Source of the DNA: Alphaproteobacteria bacterium
GTDB taxonomy: Bacteria > Pseudomonadota > Alphaproteobacteria > UBA7887
Direction of reading: 5' to 3'
Assembly (NCBI GenBank): GCA_965216755.1
Contig: CBDCGL010000011.1
Span: forward strand, 544,001 to 608,000
DNA length: 64,000 nucleotides
Part shown: piece after piece, positions 60,021-64,000 of the stretch
How the letters are laid out: every line of letters starts with the position of its first letter
Position numbering within the stretch: the first letter of the stretch is position 1
Notes under the pieces: generated by a model
The model's database searches: none
Told to the model about the DNA's origin: nothing
What the model saw: the letters and a program-made list of their open reading frames with translations, nothing else
Position numbers and translations under genes: made by a program

Positions 60021-61226
60021 CTAAGTTTCCGGTAGACCCAATTCCGATAATATTCTGGCTCGGTGGCCGTTGAGCGCCGGTATCGCACCCCTTTTCTGGG
60101 GATCGGCGTAACCTTCGACCTTGACCGGATTGCCGGCGATGGCGATGCCTTCGGCAGCCGGGTCGTCAATTGCAACGACCATGTTGCGCGCTTTCGCTTG
60201 TGGGTGCTCAACCGCCATTTGCACCGTGTTCAATGGTCCGCACGGTATGCCGGCGGTTTCAAGCACCTCTAACCAATCCGCTGTCGGCTTGGTGGTCAGG
60301 ATCTTTTCCAGCTCGATTTTCAAATCGACAACATTCTCGATTCTATCTTCATTGCTCTGAAATCGAGGATCCGCCAATAGGTGGTCGGCATCCAGCGCCT
60401 CGCACAACCGTCGATACAGTGTTTCGTTGCCGGCGGCGATGATCACATGGCCGTCGGCGCTGGCGTAGCATTCGAAAGGCGCAATCGCTGGATGGCGGGC
60501 GCCGCTGGGACCGGGGCTTTGGCCCGTGGCGTAATACCGCGCGATGGCATTTTCCAGGATCGCCAGTTGGCAATCGAACATGGCGACGTCCAACTGTCGG
60601 CCTTGGCCGGTCTTGGCACGGTCGAAGAGCGCCGAATTGATGGCGATGGCGGTAAACATTCCCGCTGTGATGTCACCGATCGCGGTGCCAACTCGCGTCG
60701 GTGGGCCACCGTCATGGCCGGTTAGGCTCATGATTCCGCCCATGCCTTGCACAACCATGTCGTACGCGGGCCGGCGTGACAGTGGCCCGGTTTGGCCAAA
60801 CCCCGAGCAGGCTGCGTAGATCAGATTTGGGTAACAGTCCTTCAGCGTTGGCCAACCATAGCCAAGCTTATCCATCGTGCCGGGCCGGAAGTTCTCGACC
60901 AGCACGTCCGCGCGGCCCAGAAGGGCCTCGAAAATGGCCCTATCACCGTCGCTCTTGAGATCGAGGGCGATACTTTCCTTGCCGCGATTGAGTGACATGA
61001 AATACGCTGATTGGCCGTTGACGAACGGCCCGTAGGCCCGCGAATCGTCACCCCCAGGCGGTTCCACCTTAATCACACGCGCGCCCAAGTCACTGAGAAT
61101 CATGGTGCAATATGGTCCCGCGAGGACCCTGGTCATATCGATGATCGTCACGCCGGATAGCGGTCCGGCGGGCGCCGATCCGTGCGGTCCTGCTGTGTCG
61201 CCTGTTGTGAGGTCTTCTTTGGCCAT
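60021..61226 (-). CDS. Family III CoA-transferase (CaiB/BaiF)
   Basis: GPLSG..IID..RVLAGP, NRGKES, ENFRPG, GFGQTGP, AYD. Confidence 0.92.
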   Translation of the reverse strand: MAKEDLTTGDTAGPHGSAPAGPLSGVTIIDMTRVLAGPYCTMILSDLGARVIKVEPPGGDDSRAYGPFVNGQSAYFMSLNRGKESIALDLKSDGDRAIFEALLGRADVLVENFRPGTMDKLGYGWPTLKDCYPNLIYAACSGFGQTGPLSRRPAYDMVVQGMGGIMSLTGHDGGPPTRVGTAIGDITAGMFTAIAINSALFDRAKTGQGRQLDVAMFDCQLAILENAIARYYATGQSPGPSGARHPAIAPFECYASADGHVIIAAGNETLYRRLCEALDADHLLADPRFQSNEDRIENVVDLKIELEKILTTKPTADWLEVLETAGIPCGPLNTVQMAVEHPQAKARNMVVAIDDPAAEGIAIAGNPVKVEGYADPQKRGAIPALNGHRARILSELGLPET

Positions 61227-61307
61227 GAAAACACCCTATATCCGGTGGAATGCCCGTGATGCCGGGTGGCATACCGGAGGCCCACGACCTGTGCAAGCCG
61301 CAACGCC

Positions 61308-62480
61308 ATGACGGCTATTCCGAATACAAGCGTATCAGACCTGCGGACCCGTTTTCCGTCGGTCGAAGACATGCTGCGGGCGCTGACCCCAAGCTACCCC
61401 GTGTATTGTGTCCATGGCGAGCGGCTGGTGGCCGCGGCAGACGAGTTCGTCACGGGCTTTCCGGGCACAGTCATGTATGCGGTGAAGTGCAACCCCAGCC
61501 AACTGGTGCTTGACATGCTGCATGCCGGTGGAATCCGCGATTACGACACAGCGTCGCTGCCGGAGATTGCCGCAGTCCACGAACGGTTTCCGGAGTCCCG
61601 GTGCTATTTCCAGCATCCAGTCAAGAGTCGTGCCGCCATCGAAACCGCGTATTCGGTATATGAAGTTCGCGATTTTGCCATCGACCACCCGGCGGAGTTG
61701 GCCAAACTGCGCACGGTCGCCGGCGCTGACCCCAACTTGACCGTGTTTGTGCGATTGGCGACCGAGCCCGGCCACGCCGACTACGATCTGTCGAGTAAAT
61801 TTGGCGCGGACCATGAATTGGCCGCTGAACTGTTACGCATGGTTAGGCATTTGGGCTACAGGCCAGCGGTTTCGTTCCATGTCGGTTCGCAGTGCCTGTC
61901 GCCTGACGCCTATGGCGAGGCGATCCGCGACGCGGGTATCGTTATTGCCGAAGCCGACGTCTCGGTCAGTGCGCTCGATATCGGTGGTGGGTTTCCTGCG
62001 CCCTATCCAAATCGACCGGCGCCGCCGTTGCAGACGTTTTTTTCGACAATCGGTGACTCCTTTGCCGCGTTGGAGCTTGACAGTGACGTCGCTTTGCTGT
62101 GCGAACCTGGGCGGTCCCTGGTTGCCGATGGCGTGTCCGTAATCACACAAGTGCAGTTACGCAAAGACGATCACCTGTACATCAATGATGGCGTCTTCGG
62201 CAGTTTCTCGGAGCTGTTATTTGTGTCTTATGACTTTCCGGCACAATTGCACCGTTTGGAAGGGGATGTCACCGACGAGTGCGCTCCATTTATCGTCTAT
62301 GGTCCGACATGTGATTCAAACGATCTTCTGCCGACCGCCTTTGAGTTGCCCGCTGATGTTCGCGAAGGTGACTGGATCGAGTTCTCCTTGATGGGTGCCT
62401 ATTCGAATGCTCTGCGAACCGGATTCAACGGCTTTTATCCGGAAACTTTCGTCCTCGTAGATGCGCCGGGCGTTTCATAA
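61308..62480 (+). CDS. Fold-type III PLP decarboxylase (ornithine/lysine decarboxylase-like)
   Basis: YAVKCN, SKFGA, SFHVGSQ, DIGGGF, EPGR, GPTCDS, MGAY; start taken at ATG 61308. Confidence 0.9.
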   Translation: MTAIPNTSVSDLRTRFPSVEDMLRALTPSYPVYCVHGERLVAAADEFVTGFPGTVMYAVKCNPSQLVLDMLHAGGIRDYDTASLPEIAAVHERFPESRCYFQHPVKSRAAIETAYSVYEVRDFAIDHPAELAKLRTVAGADPNLTVFVRLATEPGHADYDLSSKFGADHELAAELLRMVRHLGYRPAVSFHVGSQCLSPDAYGEAIRDAGIVIAEADVSVSALDIGGGFPAPYPNRPAPPLQTFFSTIGDSFAALELDSDVALLCEPGRSLVADGVSVITQVQLRKDDHLYINDGVFGSFSELLFVSYDFPAQLHRLEGDVTDECAPFIVYGPTCDSNDLLPTAFELPADVREGDWIEFSLMGAYSNALRTGFNGFYPETFVLVDAPGVS

Positions 62481-63321
62481 CATCGCCGAACCGGCCGGGC
62501 CGCGGCGCTTGTCTTATGTTGAATGGGGCGACCGGGCTAATCCGCGGGTTGCCCTTTGCGTGCACGGGCTCACACGCAATGCACGCGATTTCGATCGCCT
62601 CGGCGCCACGCTGGCTGAATCGCACCGCGTAATTTGTGTCGACGTGGCTGGTCGTGGTGAAAGCGATTGGCTGGCGGACCCCGCCTATTACGGCGTGCCG
62701 ACCTACATGTCGGATATCCTGGGTCTTCTGGCAGCGCTGAACATACCGCAGGTCGATTGGGTGGGTACCTCCATGGGGGGCATGATCGGCATGGCGGTCG
62801 CAGCATCCCCGGACAGTGGCGGCAGAATTGCCAAGCTCATACTCAACGATATTGGCCCGTTCATTCCCAAGTCGGCCCTGGCTCGGATTGGCAGCTATGT
62901 CGGCCAGCCTTGGCGGTTTGATGACTTCACCGCCGCAGAGGCGCATATTCGCGCGGTCCACGCGCCGTTCGGACTGCGCGACGACGCGGATTGGCGCTAT
63001 TTGACGGAAATCTCCGTCCGTAATGACAAAGATGGCAAGTTGGTGCCGATCTATGATCCGGCCATTGGTGAGGGCTTTCGAGCGACCGAACCACAGGACA
63101 TGGATCTGTGGCCGATGTGGCAAGACATTCGCTGTCCGGTGCTTGTGTTGCGCGGCGCCGAATCAGATTTGCTGACCGCCGCGACGGCGCGGCAGATGGC
63201 CGACACTGGCCCCAAAGCAATGGTGGTTGAATTCCCCCTTATTGGCCATGCTCCTGCTTTGTTCGACGACGACCAAATCGGCGCCATCATGCGATGGTTG
63301 CGCGCTGAGCCGCAGATGTGA
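62461..63321 (+). CDS. Alpha/beta-fold hydrolase
   Basis: HGLTRN, GRGES, nucleophile GTSMGG, RG..SD, GHAP. Confidence 0.9.
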   Translation: MRRAFHNIAEPAGPRRLSYVEWGDRANPRVALCVHGLTRNARDFDRLGATLAESHRVICVDVAGRGESDWLADPAYYGVPTYMSDILGLLAALNIPQVDWVGTSMGGMIGMAVAASPDSGGRIAKLILNDIGPFIPKSALARIGSYVGQPWRFDDFTAAEAHIRAVHAPFGLRDDADWRYLTEISVRNDKDGKLVPIYDPAIGEGFRATEPQDMDLWPMWQDIRCPVLVLRGAESDLLTAATARQMADTGPKAMVVEFPLIGHAPALFDDDQIGAIMRWLRAEPQM

Positions 63322-64000
63322 CCCAGGCTGATGCAGCGTTTCCGTCGTTCAGGGCCCGCGCGCCTTGGTGGGGTGGAGACCTTCAGACATTGCGAAACTA
63401 TGTGGTCGGCAGAACCGCTTCTGAACTTGTGGACTCAGGCCGCCAGGTGACCGTGCCCACGCGCGACGGCAGCGGGGATCAAATGCTGGCGCGGGTCACA
63501 AAACCGCTACGGGCGACCACCGCCGACCGGCCGCTGGTGGTCTTGGTTCATGGCCTGACCGGGTGCGAGGACAGCGCTTACATGCGAGCCTCGGCCGCTT
63601 TTTGGATGGAGCGTGGCTACCGCGTGGCGCGTCTGAACCTGCGTGGTGCGGGACCATCACGGCCCTTGTGCCAGGGCTACTACTTCGCCGGCGCCTCTCA
63701 TGATCTACGTGATGCGATAGATGGCCTGATCAATGCCTTGGCTGTGGAAAACATCGTGCTTGTGGGCTTTTCCCTGGGCGGGAATATTGTCGCCAAGTAC
63801 CTGGCTGAGATTGGCGCCGGCCGGCCCGGCGGCAACGCGCGGATCATCGCCGCGGCCTTGGTATCCACGCCTATTAGTCTGAGTGATGCCTCCAAACGGC
63901 TGAAGGCGGGGCGAAACTGGCCCTACCAAAGATATCTCTTGGGCCGTTTGCGGCGCGAGTGCCTGGCGGCCAAGGGGACGCTGGCCCTTGAGGAGCGGCG
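63318..64000 (+). CDS. YheT-family alpha/beta hydrolase (3' truncated by window)
   Basis: Manual translation from the GTG overlapping the previous stop: PWWGGDLQT...VLVHGLTG.EDS.Y...RLNLRGAG...GFSLGGN. Confidence 0.85.
   Translation, partial: MTQADAAFPSFRARAPWWGGDLQTLRNYVVGRTASELVDSGRQVTVPTRDGSGDQMLARVTKPLRATTADRPLVVLVHGLTGCEDSAYMRASAAFWMERGYRVARLNLRGAGPSRPLCQGYYFAGASHDLRDAIDGLINALAVENIVLVGFSLGGNIVAKYLAEIGAGRPGGNARIIAAALVSTPISLSDASKRLKAGRNWPYQRYLLGRLRRECLAAKGTLALEER

Noticed and set aside
1-64000. CRISPR array, rRNA, prophage, integron or transposase
   Set aside because: No regularly spaced repeats, rRNA-like sequence, phage genes or DDE/tyrosine/serine recombinase motifs seen.

Overview
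A GC-rich alphaproteobacterial chromosome segment; the taxonomy is inferred from typical gene orders (dacA/phasin-clpS-clpA, slt/dapA-smpB, NYN/folK-rpoZ-spoT-pdxJ-acpS-lepB-rnc-era-recO-parC). Bases 1-32.4 kb are mostly housekeeping: recJ, nucleotide-sugar genes, proteolysis, stringent response, RNA processing and topoisomerase IV. Bases 32.4-64 kb are more accessory and metabolic: a TRAP transporter with three binding proteins, dehydrogenases, an acylase, a caspase-like protease and polyamine enzymes. I saw no rRNA, tRNA, CRISPR array or transposase. The best candidate for a new system is a two-gene cassette after parC. It encodes a membrane-spanning SARP-type regulator (wHTH-BTAD, one TM helix, TolB-like/TPR domain) followed by a small exported Cys-bracketed beta-rich protein. 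The second gene's promoter carries four direct repeats phased about 11 bp apart next to a -10-like hexamer, which resembles a SARP target promoter. Other highlights: a 170-bp CTAG-bounded palindromic MITE-like element between era and recO; a plant NIC1-like nicotinamidase; a Cle-like c-di-GMP-binding CheY protein; PhaR-type boxes around the phasin promoter; a caspase-like gene whose signal peptide is out of frame by one base; an internally deleted chrA relic; and an uncharacterised exported CxxCH protein. All family assignments come from motif recognition by eye, not from database searches.
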